Below, piece by piece: positions 25,045-37,630 of a stretch of DNA of 64,000 bases. Origin of the DNA: Macrostomum lignano (taxonomy: Eukaryota); NCBI GenBank assembly GCA_002269645.1, contig NIVC01001295.1, forward strand, positions 62,001 to 126,000, in the 5' to 3' direction. Numbering within the stretch: position 1 is the first letter of the stretch; the number at the start of each line of letters is the position of its first letter. The notes under the pieces are model-generated. The model saw only the letters and a program-made list of their open reading frames with translations, was not told where the DNA came from and ran no database searches. The position numbers and the translations under genes are program-made.

Positions 25045-28000
25045 CGGGGCTGTTGCCCCCAGGACCCCAGGTCCTGCACGCAATGGCGTGGTGAACTATC
25101 TGTGCAGTATGAGACTGGTATGGCCTCTATCCCAGCCAGCGATGCTCACACCTGCCTCTCCTGGCGGGCTGATAGCTCACGAGACTCTGTCTCCTGATTT
25201 TCACCTTGCAAGGCGCACTTCGAAGGGTACTCGTCCCGTGGGTGTTAAGGCAGGCTCTTGGGCCTCGCCGAGCTGATTCATTAGCGCCGGGTCCTGGTGT
25301 GACCATATAAACGCACCCTCTAATGTCCCAGTGTAACTCCGTGCTCATGGACGCTTGGCCAGGGAGTAGTCTGGTCGCTAACGGTTCCCCTTGCGCTTTT
25401 GGGTCCCCCGCAGGATGGTAAGGTTTGCTTTTTGGGGCCTGTCGCTTGGTTTGGGGTTGCGGCCTTGCGGCTCTTTGCCTGTGTTCTGCAGGAAGTCCCA
25501 CCTTTTTACTTTCAGCCAATGGCTTCTAACCGAAGTAACCAACCGGCTGTGGATGACACAGTGCCTCCGGCCTCGGCTGGGGCCGTGGACTCCGCGGCCA
25601 CACGATCTGCTACCATCGGGGACGCCTCGGCGAGACCCGTGGAACCAACTCTGAGCGGTGCCTCCGATAAGATACCTGCTACTCCAGCTGGGCACGCCTC
25701 TGCACATTCATTCAAATGCAATGAGGGACTCGTGCCCTCTCATTTGGCCTAGTGATGCTGACTCGGGTCGGCGGCTCCTTGAGCTGCTGCCCGAGCAGAG
25801 CTGGGACCTCAACTTAGCCTTCTGCAGAGAGGACGAACGTCCCCGGACCAAGAGGCATCGAATCTGGGTTCCGGCCAGGAGCGTCGTTACCTCTGCTGAC
25901 GAGCTCCGGAAAGGACTGCTAGCAGTCAACCGGGAGCTTCCCGCCGCGGGCCTAGTGGTGCATGATACCCTTAAGCGCAGCGACGGCACTGGCTTCACAG
26001 CCATCCTGGGGCTGTCGGACGCCTGGATGGCGCTATCCGCACGGCAGCTTCATCAACGTCGGCCTTTGGAAGCTGCGCATCCGCTCCTACGAGGCCGACC
26101 CTCCCCTTGGCAGTGAGCAGAGCTGGCGGGATGCTGAGGCGGCCGGGGCCGAGGCGGGAGCTTCTGCTCAGGCTGCCAAAGCAAACCGCCTCGCCCGGCA
26201 GCACGGCCGCGCGGGTAAAGTCGAACGCGCTGCTGAGGGCGGAGGCGACCGACGCCCGGCGCGCAGCACCAAGCGGCGCGGCCTGTACCAGCGCGCAGCT
26301 GAGGCAGTCCGTACCGCCAAAATCACCCAGCTGAGGCGAGAGGTCACCGGGATGCCTAGGCGCACCAGCTCGTCCAGGGAGAGTGGGGACGTCTCAGCTG
26401 GGCCCAACCCCTCGGGGCAGGGCCGACTGGAGACGGACCCGCCTGCCCAGGCGGCTGGCTGCAACTGGCTCCAGGGCATTGGGCCAGTCGGAAGCGGAGG
26501 ACCCCGTGGCCGGTGGGCGAAGGGCGGCGAACGCTGCCTATTTCCTTCCGACCAGTCGGGGGCTTTTTGCTGAAGAGGAGCCCATGGACACCGGCGACCC
26601 CGACCTAAGCTGGTGAGCGCCGAGGAGGAGGAGGAACTCCTGGCGACTGCAACACCCGATCTGCACTGATAGCAGCGGCTACCTGGTGTCTGCAGATCAA
26701 CACCCAGCACTGCGTGGCGGCGTCAGTCAACCTGATGCGCACGACAGAGCAACAGCTTCCGGGCCTGGTCTTCGTGCAGGAGCCCTGGATGACTAAAGGT
26801 AAGCCAAATAATGTGCCATCTGGCAACCACTGTTTTTGCATGGCGGACTCTCAGCCTCGCCCAAGATCTCTGGTCTTTGCTGCAAAAGCTTTTAAGACAT
26901 GGATGAGACCTGATCTCTCTACTGGGGACGTCTGTGTTGTTTCAAATCAATAACCTCATTCCAAATAAACCTGTGCTGGTAGCATCTACCTATTTCCCAG
27001 GCGATGCCCCAACAGTCTGCGACGCACTAGTCAACCTCATTGACTACGCCGCGTCCCGCCGGTTCGAGCTGCTCATTGCAGGGGTTGTGAACGCACACCA
27101 CCTGCATTGGGGCAGCAAGAACACAAATAACAGAGGCGAGGAGCTGCTGGCCTACGTCAGCAGCACAAACCTCAATTTCTGTAACGTGGGCAATGCACCA
27201 ACGTTCAATAATGGGCGGTGGGCCGAAGTCATTGACACCACCATCGCCTCACCCGGACTGTTTTCCGCAGTCACGGGCTGGCGAGTGTGGGACGAGGACT
27301 CGCTCTCGGACCACCGCTTCATCCGCTTTTACATTGGGCCGACCAAGCAAAAGCTTAAGGTCTCTTGGAGTCGGAACGTCAGGAACACCGATTGGGCCGC
27401 CTTTGGCTCGAAGCTGAGCCGCGGCCTTCGGGATCTTGATCCCCCAGTGACCTCTCTGACTGCCAGGTGGTGGATGATCTCGCCTCCTCCTTGGGCGGGG
27501 CGATCACCACTGCCTTTGAAGCAGCCTGCCCTCTAAAGACCTATAAAGGCAAGAAATCTGCTCCCTGGTGGAACCCAGAGCTCGGGGCCCTTCGGCGCCG
27601 AGCCAGGACCCTCCAAAGGCGAGCGCTCAAAACCAAAGACCCATCTGATATAGAGGCCTATACCCGTGCGATCCACGAGTTTAAGGGCCAAGTCAGAATG
27701 TCCAAGACGGCCAAGTGGCGCCAATATTGCAAAGGGCTTGAGGGCTTTCGCCCCGTAGCCCGCGTGGTTAAGGCACTCACTAACGACCGTTTTTCTAAAC
27801 TCTCTGTTGTGAAGAGACCTGATGGCTCGGTCACAGAGAGCTCGGAAGAGACTCTAGTAGAGCTAATGCTCAACAGTTTCTTACCTAAATCTCCGACTCA
27901 GCAGGGCCCGCCCGACCACACAGTGGGAGGGCAAGGCCTAGCAAAGTCTATGATCACCAAAGACCGCATTATTAGAGCGGCAAGGTCCTTTCACCCGTTC

Positions 28001-28829
28001 AAGGCGCCTGGGCCCGATGGCATCTACCCAGCGTTCTTGCACGAGGCGGTGAAAAACCACCGTTTCCTGGACCTGCTCTGTCGTCCCCTTCGAGCTTGTG
28101 TGGAGCTGGGCTATGTACCAGTTGCGTGGAGAGAGGCTCGGGTGGTCTTTATCCCCAAGCCTGGAAAGAGCGACTACCAATCGGTGAAGGCCTTCAGGCC
28201 TATCAGCCTCACTTCTTTCTGCCTCAAGCTCTTCGAGAGACTGGTACTTTGGCGCCTACTTTCGGTCGAGCAGAAGCGCTTCCCACTCTCGCAGAATCAG
28301 CACGCCTTCCGCGCGGGCAGGTCTACCGAGAGTGCCCTCCATGTCATCGTTGACTTCCTGGAGAGGGCCGTTCTTGGCAGCGGCTTTGCCCTCTCGCTTT
28401 TCCTGGACATTGAGGGGGCCTTCGACAACGTCATCTTCGAGGCCTTCTGCAGAGCCCTGGAATCCAGGGCCACGAACTCTCACCTTGTCCGGTGGATCAT
28501 GTTCATGATCCGGAACCGCAGTGTTGTGGCCCACCTGAACGGCAGCTCTCTTTCGGCGCCTGTCCAGAAAGGGGCCCCCAGGGCGGAGTTCTCTGGAACA
28601 TGGTCATGGATGAGTTGCTTTGCAGTGATCTCCACGACCCCATTCTCAAGGTGGGCTGTGCCGATGATGTGACCGCGATATGCGCGGGCCCCTCGGTTGA
28701 TACCATCAGAGACCTTCTGCAGGGCTTTCTGGGACGAGCGGAGCGTTGGGCAAACCAATGTGGCATTAGACTCTCAGAGTCGAAAATCACAGCGGTCATG
28801 TTTACCAACAAACTGCTCTGGACCATTAA
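25045..28829 (+). mobile_element. Non-LTR retrotransposon, R1/LOA group (ORF1 + APE endonuclease + RT), frameshifted and 3'-truncated
   Basis: APE motifs CLQINTQH...FVQEPW and SDHRFI. RT motifs FKAPGPDGI, FIPKPGK...FRPISLTS, QHAFRAGRST, FLDIEGAFDNV and CADD. Several frameshifts (ORFs 26714, 26934, 27467, 28492). Homology stops at TTAA 28826-28829. 5' end approximate. Confidence 0.85.
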
Positions 28830-31000
28830 CCTCTTCCACACTAATGCCTTAGGGTTTCACTCACGCAAGTGACGGATGGTACGCATAGCGTACCATAGAA
28901 TATTTTGTGGCCGCAAAAATTTTGGCAGCACACCCTTAAGTGCCGGCTAGGCGGGAATTTTTCGCTTTGCCTATCTTTCTTTCTTTACGAGCGGCTTATT
29001 ATTTTACGGCGTTTATAATCGTTTGATTTCGATCTTCTTTAATTCACAGCTCCACCGATTGACCGCCTGGTTTGTGTGTTTCTTTATTACGGTTAATTTT
29101 ATTTTTCCTGTGTTACTTTTTATACTATTTTGTGTTTGAACATTTTAGTACGCTTTCCATTTGTGTATATATCCTGTTTGTAAAGTTATAGGCTTTATTT
29201 TGTATCGCTGTTACATTATAAGTTATTTAAATTAGCTAGAGCTTTTTGTATCGAATATGGCCATGCAGTTTATTCGTCAAGCTCTTGTGGGTCTTCGTGG
29301 TGGGCCAGCTGAGGTCTCAAGCGATTCTGATGACAGCTCCGAGGACGAGATTTTAGAGGAGGAATCTATGGATGAAGATGTGACTGAAGAACAAGGCGAT
29401 GATGCTGAAATGCAGTGGCGAGGCGTGACTGAGGAGACGGATACACGAGAAAGCGCTGATGTGGAATTTTTCGGTGTTGAAGGCCTGAATCATGAAGTTC
29501 ACGTTCCCGCCGACGTTGAGAATGGAATCGGAAGTTTCTTTTCAATGTTCGTTACTGACGATCTATTGGAAATGTTATGCAAGTTTACCAATGCTAGGGC
29601 ATGGGCCGAGGTGCATTCATGCGAAGAAGATGGTCTTGGTCAAATGCCTGCAAGGTTGTCAGCTTGGCGCGATTGCACAATTTCCGAGATGAAAAAGATG
29701 CTAGCCATAATCATGTACATGGGTGTCGTCAAAAAGCCCGACATGCGTGCATATTGGTCCACTGATGAGTTTTACGGCAGCAGCCTGTTTCAAGGCGAGT
29801 TTTGCATCGCTCGAGAGCGCTTCCAACAAATCCTCTCCTTCTTACGCTTCTATGATTGCCAGGACAACACGAACGCTGACGATCCACTAAGAAAGGTGCG
29901 CCCATTCCTGCAATATGTTTGCCAAATTTGCAAAAGAAACTACTCACCAGGCAGGGAAGTTGCGGTCGACGAGGAGCTGGTTCTTCATAAGGGCCGGCTC
30001 ATTTTCAAGCAGTATATTCCTAAGAAGCGGGCTCGCTTTGGAATAAAAACCTACTGCCTCGTCGACGCCAAAACCGGCTATCTCTGGAATATACTCGTTC
30101 ATTCAACACCGGATGAAAATGCTCGCTTCGGAGAGGGCCTGGGCTGCGCTGAACTCAGCATAACTGAAAGAATTGTTGTTGAGCTCATGCAAGATCTTTT
30201 CGGCTTAGGCTACCAAGTATTCACTGATAGTTTTTTTCACGTCAATTCGACTTGCCAGTTTTCTTCTCGAGAAAGGCACCACAATCACCGGTTCAGTCCA
30301 GGCAAATCGAGGCATCCCAGACTCGCTTAAGACTGCTAATATTCCAGCTCCCGGCTTTCGCTTCATGCGTAAAGGTGATGTCCTGGCAATAAAGATGACC
30401 GACAAGAAGGCAAGTGGCGTTAAGACTTTGCATCTCCTCGACACTCACGGTGTTGCCGGCTCGGTCGAGCGACAGACCATCCGCCGCGGAGGGCTAGTGC
30501 AGCTGGTTAGGAAGCCTACGAGCGTTGCGAACTGCACCAAATTCATGGGAGGAGTCGATAGACTGGACTCGTGTCTCCAACCGTACCACCCTAACAGGAA
30601 GACATACCGATGGCATCAAAAGTTAGCGCTCCATCTGATGTTTCAACTGGTGCACAATTCCTGGGTTGCCTACCGAATTTCAGGTGGATCCCGGCCTTTT
30701 CTGCGATTTTTGGAAACCTGCATCACTTGGCTAATGAGGAGCAAGGGCACTGGGAAGCTGCGGTGCATGCGGACGACGCCTGCTACACACGCTGGTGACG
30801 GACACTTTCCTTCGAAGCTCCCACCTACCCAGGGAAATCCACGTCCGTCTAAGCGCTGTCGCGTCTGCTACAGAAATTGAGTATCAAAGCGCACAGTGAC
30901 CGTCTGCAAGGGTTGTGTGAATCAGCCGGGACTGTGCATTGGAGACTGTTTCGAGCAGTGGCACGTTTAAGTGCAGTCCCTGGTTCGTGTGACTTCTCAG
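28830..31000 (+). mobile_element. piggyBac element; transposase 29257-30970 with one frameshift and one nonsense codon
   Basis: DDD motifs VAVDEE, FTDSFF(TS) and MGGVDRLD. An extra T in the T7 run at ~30231-30237 splits the ORF. The C-terminal cysteine-rich domain KRCRVCYRN*VSKRTVTVCKGCVNQPGLCIGDCFEQWH is interrupted by TGA at 30878-30880. TTAA at the left junction; right TIR not identified. Confidence 0.85.
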
Positions 31001-32333
31001 CCAGCGTTTAGAGCTTACACAAGTTTGCGCAACTTATCCTGTGCAATGTACGAAACTTGAGTATGTATCGTTGTTTATTATTCTCGTTCTAATGTCAGAT
31101 GTGGATTAGATATTGCAAAAAGCTGTCATCATGATTTACGAAGCATCAACGGGCGAGCCTATTGGATTGCTGCATATTTCGCAAGGAGATGTCGTTGGTT
31201 TGTCGTCTTCTGAGATTGGCGAGCGAATCCGGCGAAGGCGACTATGCAAGGCATGCTGAACGATCTGGCTCAGTTGGATGTGAATGAAATCGAGGCGCTG
31301 TTAGCTGGTCAAGACCGGAACGAGACTTGCTCAGGGAGATGGATGTAATGCAACTCGACACTACGCCAAAGTCAGTTCTGTTGCAAGAAAAGTGGGCACT
31401 TCGTAAGTTCACATTCAACAACTGCCAATTCCACGTGCATATTTCGAACATGCCTTGATCCGGCGTACAGCTTGGACCGATTTGTGCTAAATCCGTTGAT
31501 TGTTTTGTTTATATTAGGTTTTTATAATGTTACAAACTTGTTTTTTTATATTAAGTTTTTATAATGTTACAACTGCTAAATATAGCATTAAATAGATAGC
31601 TCAGACGTTGGCTTCGGCCATAGACATTCAAAGCGTGCAACAATCTGGCTTGATTGCTATACCCCTAAAAACCCCTCCAAAATGATACAATGGCTGAAAC
31701 ACGAACTGGTGCGCGTAGCGCACGAGGGTTTTTACCATAGACGCACAAGTCAAAGTGCTTGATACCCATTCTTATTGTATTTGACCCGACATGTGTGGCT
31801 AAAGTAGAAAAGGGTGGAGCTGGGGGTGTGGGGACGAAGCCCCCACAGTTAGACCTGAACCATAGACAAAATAAGCTAAATAAAGAAACATTGCGCATTA
31901 CATTCTTGCAGGATTGCCATTCCTGCACCGAGTGCACATGTAAATTCAAGGTGCTTTTACCATAGACTTGAATAGACAGATTAAATATACAGAACTATCA
32001 ATCCCGCTTGCAGAGTCAAACCGGCACCACTCAGCTATTCTTTACTACATCGTTATAATGTATCATACCGATTAAACTTGTGATAATCACTTGCAAAAAT
32101 GTAATATCAATAGTCAATACACTTTGCATACAAACATATTGCGAAAATACTCTCATGCACTACATCTACGAGCGTATCAATTATCTACAATCTTCTGAAA
32201 TCTTGCATGCACGGATTGGTTGAAAAATAGGGAAGCAGCTCCGCTGAGTAGGGGAGCCGAGCCATCACCAAGAAAAACTTAGAGTAGGAGTTTGGGCTGT
32301 GGGGATGGAGCCCCCGCTAAGACAAACTTAAAG

Positions 32334-32689
32334 GGGGGCCGTAGCCCAGCGGTAGCGCAGCTGCTCTGGTGTGCCGCGACCCAGGCTCGATTCCAAGTGC
32401 ATCCACATTAATTTGGGGCTGAACTGGAATTTCGGCTTGGCTCGCCTGTGCAATTAACGGCCTTGAGAGCCAACCCCCCAAGGCGCAGTGAAGTGTACAT
32501 GCCTAACGATAATATAAAGTTAGGGCCGCTGTACACTCCTGTGTGAGTGTGTGCCTGCGTAACGTATCCGCGCGCTTGTATGCCTGCTCAGGGGAGTCGG
32601 GCGGAATGGGCAGTAATGCCTCTCGCCGGTTGTGTGCCTATGTCGCCTAAAGTGCGCCAGGGTGCACACAACCCCCCTGCCTCTAAAAA
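32334..32689 (+). mobile_element. tRNA-derived SINE with 15-bp TSD
   Basis: Pol III A box TAGCCCAGCGG and B box GGCTCGATTCC; short A tail; flanked by AAGACAAACTTAAAG at 32319-32333 and 32690-32704. Confidence 0.8.
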
Positions 32690-33110
32690 AAGACAAACTT
32701 AAAGTAAGAGTTTGGGGGCGTGGGGTGGGGTGGAGCCCCCGCTAAGACAAACTTAAAGTAAGAGTTTGGGGGCGTGGGTTGGGGTGGAGCCCCCGCTAAG
32801 ACAAACTTAAAGTACAATAAGAGTTTGGGGGCGTGGGGTGGAGTCCCCGCCAAGGCAAACTTAAGAGTTTGGGGGCGTGGTGGTGGAGTACCCGCCAAGG
32901 CAAACTTTAAGTAAGAGTTTGGGGGCGTGGGGGGTGGAGTACCCGCCAAGGCAAACTTTAAGTAAGAGTTTGGGGGCGTGGGGTGGAGTCCCCGCCAGGG
33001 CAAACTTTAAGTAAGAGCTTGGAGGCGTGGGGGTGGAGTACCCGCCAAGGCAAACTTTAAATAAGAGTTGCGAGGAGTGTTGGGGCGGAGCGCACCACCA
33101 AGGCTAATTA
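32690..33110. repeat. G-rich ~42-45-bp minisatellite (ggcaaactttaagtaagagtttgggggcgtggggtggagtacccgccaa)
   Basis: Tandem diverged units; duplicated at ~42865-43330. Confidence 0.85.
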
Positions 33111-33613
33111 AATTAATAGTTTTGGAGACTATATAATTCCGGTCATTACATTTGCTATTTGCTCCCACTTTAGCGGGAGCAATCTGGAATCATCTACTAC
33201 TCGTAGTTTCCAAGGAAGTGAACGGACGCACGGGGTCTTGAACTCTTGCTCTCCGTTGGATGGCTTTTAGCTGTCATTTCCCTCTACTGTCGTCTCTGTT
33301 TTTCATTGTACTTTTAAAAACAAGTTCCAAATTTTTTAAAATAAAAAAGTGAAACAATACATTAAAATGATCGTGTCTTTCTGAGCTACTTCAAGTAATG
33401 CATGCATGTTATTATTAGCTAGCTCGTATTAAAAATTGACAATTTTTTAGAACTTTTACTGACACATCCTATTGTTGCTAGTATTAGTAGTATTATCTCA
33501 GTAAAACTTTTTAGTAATACGCACGTACAGCACTAGGAAAGCAATATGGCTGCTCCTTCCGGTGTGCAACAAAGCGTGATACATTGATAAAACAGGCTAA
33601 CAGGTGCTATTCA

Positions 33614-33892
33614 CAGGGGTGTCGACATTGATTTTATGGTGGGGGACAAAGAAATAAATTTTACTTGTACATGCACATGACTGAATTCCTCTATTTACAT
33701 GATTTTGAGAATCGGTATTGTCAGCACTCATTTTAGCGTCACAATTGCTAAACTTTAGCGCTCTGAAACAAATCTATTGCTTTACTCAACGGGTAATAAG
33801 GTGGGGTGAGGGACAAAACATTATCATGTCCCCCATAGCTCATACTGGAGGGGGACATCTCCCCCCTGTCCTACCCGGTGGCGACGCCCCTG
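33614..33892. mobile_element. hAT-like MITE
   Basis: Ends CAGGGGTGTCGAC / GCGACGCCCCTG; degenerate 8-bp flanks GCTATTCA / GCTGTTCT. Duplicate at 43843-44121. Confidence 0.75.
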
Positions 33893-33954
33893 GCTGTTCT
33901 TAAACTTGCAATTCAGAAGATGCTAAATGTACGAGTACTAACTCAACAGTCCAC

Positions 33955-35967
33955 GGAAAGGCGTTTGACTCGGTGTTGAGAGCCGCTCTCCCCTTTGTCC
34001 TTCGAGCCTACCGGGTGCCCCAGCAGCTAATCGACGCTGTCATGGCGCTGTATTGCGATACTCGAGCTGCTGTGGTGACGGCGGACGGCCTGTCTGACCT
34101 GTTCGACACTTCATCAGGAGTTCTGCAGGGAGACACTTTGGCGCCGTTCCTCTTCGTGCTGCTCCTGGACTGGGTGCTTCGGACCGCACTCCCCTCGGCT
34201 AATGACGGCTTCCTGCTGCGCAGACGCATCGGTCGCCGCCACGGCGAAAAGCGCCTAAGCGTGCTTGGCTACGCCGACGACCTCGCCCTCCTGTCCTCGT
34301 CTGTTGAAGGCGCCCAGCGCCAGATCGACAGGTTGGTCGAGGTAGCATCGAGCGTCGGTCTGGTTGTCAACACGCTGAAGACCGAGGTGCTGACTGTGTA
34401 TAAGCTTCCTAGTTGGCCGCAAACTAAGAACCTTACATATGATTAATAGTAACTCAAACGAGGTAGAATATGCTTGGATGTTATTTACCGATCAACCATA
34501 TAATTATATTTACTACTACATTTTCAACGTTTGTATTAATAAGTAAATAAGCAAATAAGCGAGCTACAAGCAGGGAGAATAAGTCTGAGACACTACGGTA
34601 TAACTAAGCTACTCAAATACTCCTATTAATCTATTATATATATATATATAAATTACGCCTATCTACCTGGTCTGAGACCGATACGCTACTATTCATAAAT
34701 CTATAGTCATGGCAGTGCTCAGTCTTACCCTCCGGTCACAGGTGTCTGCAGAAGCGGTCGTCGTGATTTACAAACTATTAAGCAATCCAAAAGTTAATAC
34801 AAGGCGTGTAAAAAGAGAGTGAAAAGAGAGTGAGAAAAGGTAAAGTTTTAGACATTTAACCCCTCGCTTATTTATAGTAAATTTCCCCGATGAAGTCTCT
34901 GTGAAACTGTCTGCGTTATCATTTCCCACGTCTTCCAGCCACCGCGCAATTCCGGCCGATTCTCACGGTTCCCCTTTCTCGTGCGATTCCTGAAATGCCT
35001 CTGTTAAAAATGTAATTGAACCCCGCCCCACATAAAGCATACAACCCCTCTAAAGTGGAAGCAGACTTTTAGGGCGGCCTGCACTCGCCCTTTGCAATGC
35101 CGTCATCAAGCACTTGTGGCTTTTTGTAAGAGTGCAGCTGTCCACAACTGCTACACTCCACCACGCTCTGATAACAATGCATTTCCCTAATTTCCTAAAT
35201 CCTAAGTCCTATTCCTAATAGTTCCTACGATAGTCCCTAAATAGTCCCTAAGGCCTACATGCATATGAAATTGAATCCTTATACTGTGCCGGCCGACATC
35301 CCAGCAGACCCGACATGCCGCGGCGCAGACGGGCAGACGACCAGGCTCGCACGCTGCCAGCGGTTCACCTACCTCGGCGGTCTGGTGCCCCACGTGGAAG
35401 AAGACCTCCGGCGGCGCAGAGGACTTGCCTGGGCGGCCTTTCGTTCGATCCGAGCCGTCCTCCAGTCCGAAGCGCTGCCCGACCGCCAGAGGGCTCGGCT
35501 GTGGCAGGCGGTGGTCGAAACCGTCCTGCTCTACAACGCCGAGACGTGGACGCTGACGGCTACGCTGGAGCGGCAGCTGGACTCGGCGCACTCAGGGCTG
35601 CTCCGTGCGGCCTTTCGAGCTGACGAGAGCGTCGGGACCGAGGCCCTGTACGATCGGGCCAAGCTGCAGCGCCCGTCCACCATCCTGCTCCGACGGCGAC
35701 GCCAACTGGCGGGCCACGTGATCCGGGCCGAGGGCTACTGCCCCCAACCTGTTCAGGACGTCCTGCTGCTCACCTTGCAGGGCCCGTTCAGGCGGGGTCA
35801 GGCCCCAACCCGTCGATACGTGGACTGCCTGCTGTGCGACGCTGGGGCGCCCGACACTGCCAACGGAGCGGACTTCGTTCGCTCTCAGGCTCTGCGGCGC
35901 GCCATCTGACGCGCCCTGCTCTAACTGACTTTGCACGCGGGGCCGCGTATTTTGTTGTTGTTGTTGT
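33955..35967 (+). mobile_element. 5'-truncated RTE retrotransposon (RT C-terminal half), interrupted by an 885-bp insertion
   Basis: KAFDSV, GVLQGDTLAPFLF, LGYADDLALL, FTYLGG, LLYNAETW; (TTG)n tail. The uninterrupted twin is at ~44185-45301. Confidence 0.9.
34399..35283 (-). mobile_element. Probable solo LTR with 5-bp TSD inserted in the RTE
   Basis: Termini TATAAG...CTTATA; TSD CTGTG at 34394-34398 and 35284-35288; empty site at ~44623-44628; minus-strand TATA box CTATAAATA. Confidence 0.7.
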
Positions 35968-36480
35968 ACAGTCGGAACACGAAAGAAGCCAGACGCGAAC
36001 ACAAATATGAGAGAGCGATCAAAAATGCCCCAAAGACTTGCGACAGTTAAAACCAAGGAGTTCTATAATTAGCAATCATAGATTATTAGTTTAACGCGAA
36101 GAGTATAAAAAGCGATCGCAAACAACTAAAGGAAAAGAAAAACTTGACTAAAAGACAAGCTTGTATAAATAAGGATAAATGAGACCACAAAAGATTAAAC
36201 AAATTAAATCCAACACAGACAGACAAAGCCAACTGAATCAACGCGAAAAGGCCTTGAAATCAGATCGGGCAGATAGGCGCAAAAGGGAGGGGCACGACGG
36301 AGGGAGAGAAAGTGCACAAGGCTTGGCTTCGGAAAACAAAGCTTAGTAAAGAAATAAAAAATTTTCTAAGGTATATTTGAATGTTTAAACTCTTGCTAAA
36401 TAGTTTATCGATAAATGGTTCGTTTTCAGTAAATTAGTTGTCGATGCCATTTCTGCGCTCTTTCGTCTTCTATTTTTGCA

Positions 36481-37630
36481 TCACAGGCTGCACGCACTCC
36501 GCAGCTGGTCGAACTGGGCCGCATCGAGGTTGCCAGTCAGCAGAGCCCAGCACTGCAGCCAGCCGTCGAACGGTTGGATTGCGGCTGACATGCAGCTGCC
36601 GATCAGAAGGTTGTTGTGAATGTTGGAAAAATTGCCTCCTCCGGAAAAAACCATCGACATATGAATAGACTTCATCATGGATCCATTGTAGTAGGCGTTG
36701 GATGAGAAGGTCATACCTACGAAGTTGATTCCAAAGCTCGTCAGCCGCTCGACTGAGTCTCCAGCACAGCCACTTGCCCAGGTCATTAAGGAACTACTGA
36801 GAGTACCAGAAGCAAACTGGACCTTAGCAGTGATGTTGCCGTCGCTTTTTATGTACAAATTAGTTGGGGTTGTTGGATTGTTGACATCGAGAAACGAGCT
36901 GATGCACTTGTCGCTGAAACATTGTGCACGGGTGATCGAATGTTCATAAATAAATCCTTTTTTGATAGAAACCTAATTATTCAGTCATATACATAAATAC
37001 TCACACAGAGTTGCAGGAAAACTTTCCCTGAAAGAACATGCTGTACTGCTTCCCAAATGCAAAATATTTGCTGAATTCGGCAGTCGAGACTTTCACGTAG
37101 GAGCCGCTCGAGCCCTGCAGACGAACTCCATCGACTGGACTCTGCTCGGTGACGTTCACTGGTTCCGCCTGGTAAACTGATTGGTTGACGAAGTTTTTGA
37201 AGCTCTTCTTGAAGTTGTACCACAGCACGAAATTCGAGGACAAGTTCTGGATGACCGAAGCTTCCGACAGCGAGCTCGCAGGAGTGGCAGAAGTTGGCGC
37301 GCTCGGACCTACGGTGACTTCAGAAGCCAGCAGCCTTCTCCTAGCGACCATCCGGGACCCGCAGCTCCCGGTCGATGTCGGCATCGCAGACAACCTGTAG
37401 CAGACGGCCCTGTCTGTCAGGTACACAGACAGGCGACACTCGCCGCTGAGAGTGCAGAGCAGCGAGCACTCGGGCTCACTCGGCGCGGCCACAGCCTCAG
37501 CATTCACAGGCTCCGTGGGGCAGTCGCTGGTCAGCAACTCAAACACTGCGGAGCCGTGCTCGAGTGCCACCGACTGGTACAGCACCAGCGAAAAAGCACA
37601 GGCAGTGAGCCAAATGACGGGTGAATTCAT
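36481..37630 (-). CDS. Secreted PAN/Apple + LamG-like protein, copy 3 (352 aa, chimeric); exons 37630-37005 and 36913-36481
   Basis: 91-nt phase-2 intron. Exon 1 is almost identical to copy 2; intron and exon 2 are almost identical to copy 4. Confidence 0.85.

Noticed and set aside
25045-25350. HDV-like ribozyme in the LINE 5' leader (ctcgtcccgtggg...ctaa)
   Set aside because: An L3/J4-2-like motif is present, but P1 and P2 pairings could not be completed by hand; would need an RNArobo or Infernal search.
31660-31740. piggyBac right TIR at the GGTGCGC-GTA-GCGCACG hairpin
   Set aside because: Same orientation as the left hairpin, and no reverse complement of the left terminus followed by TTAA.
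32334-32410. Functional tRNA gene (also at 42508)
   Set aside because: A and B boxes are present, but I could not fold a proper cloverleaf or acceptor stem; it continues into a SINE body with A tail and TSD.
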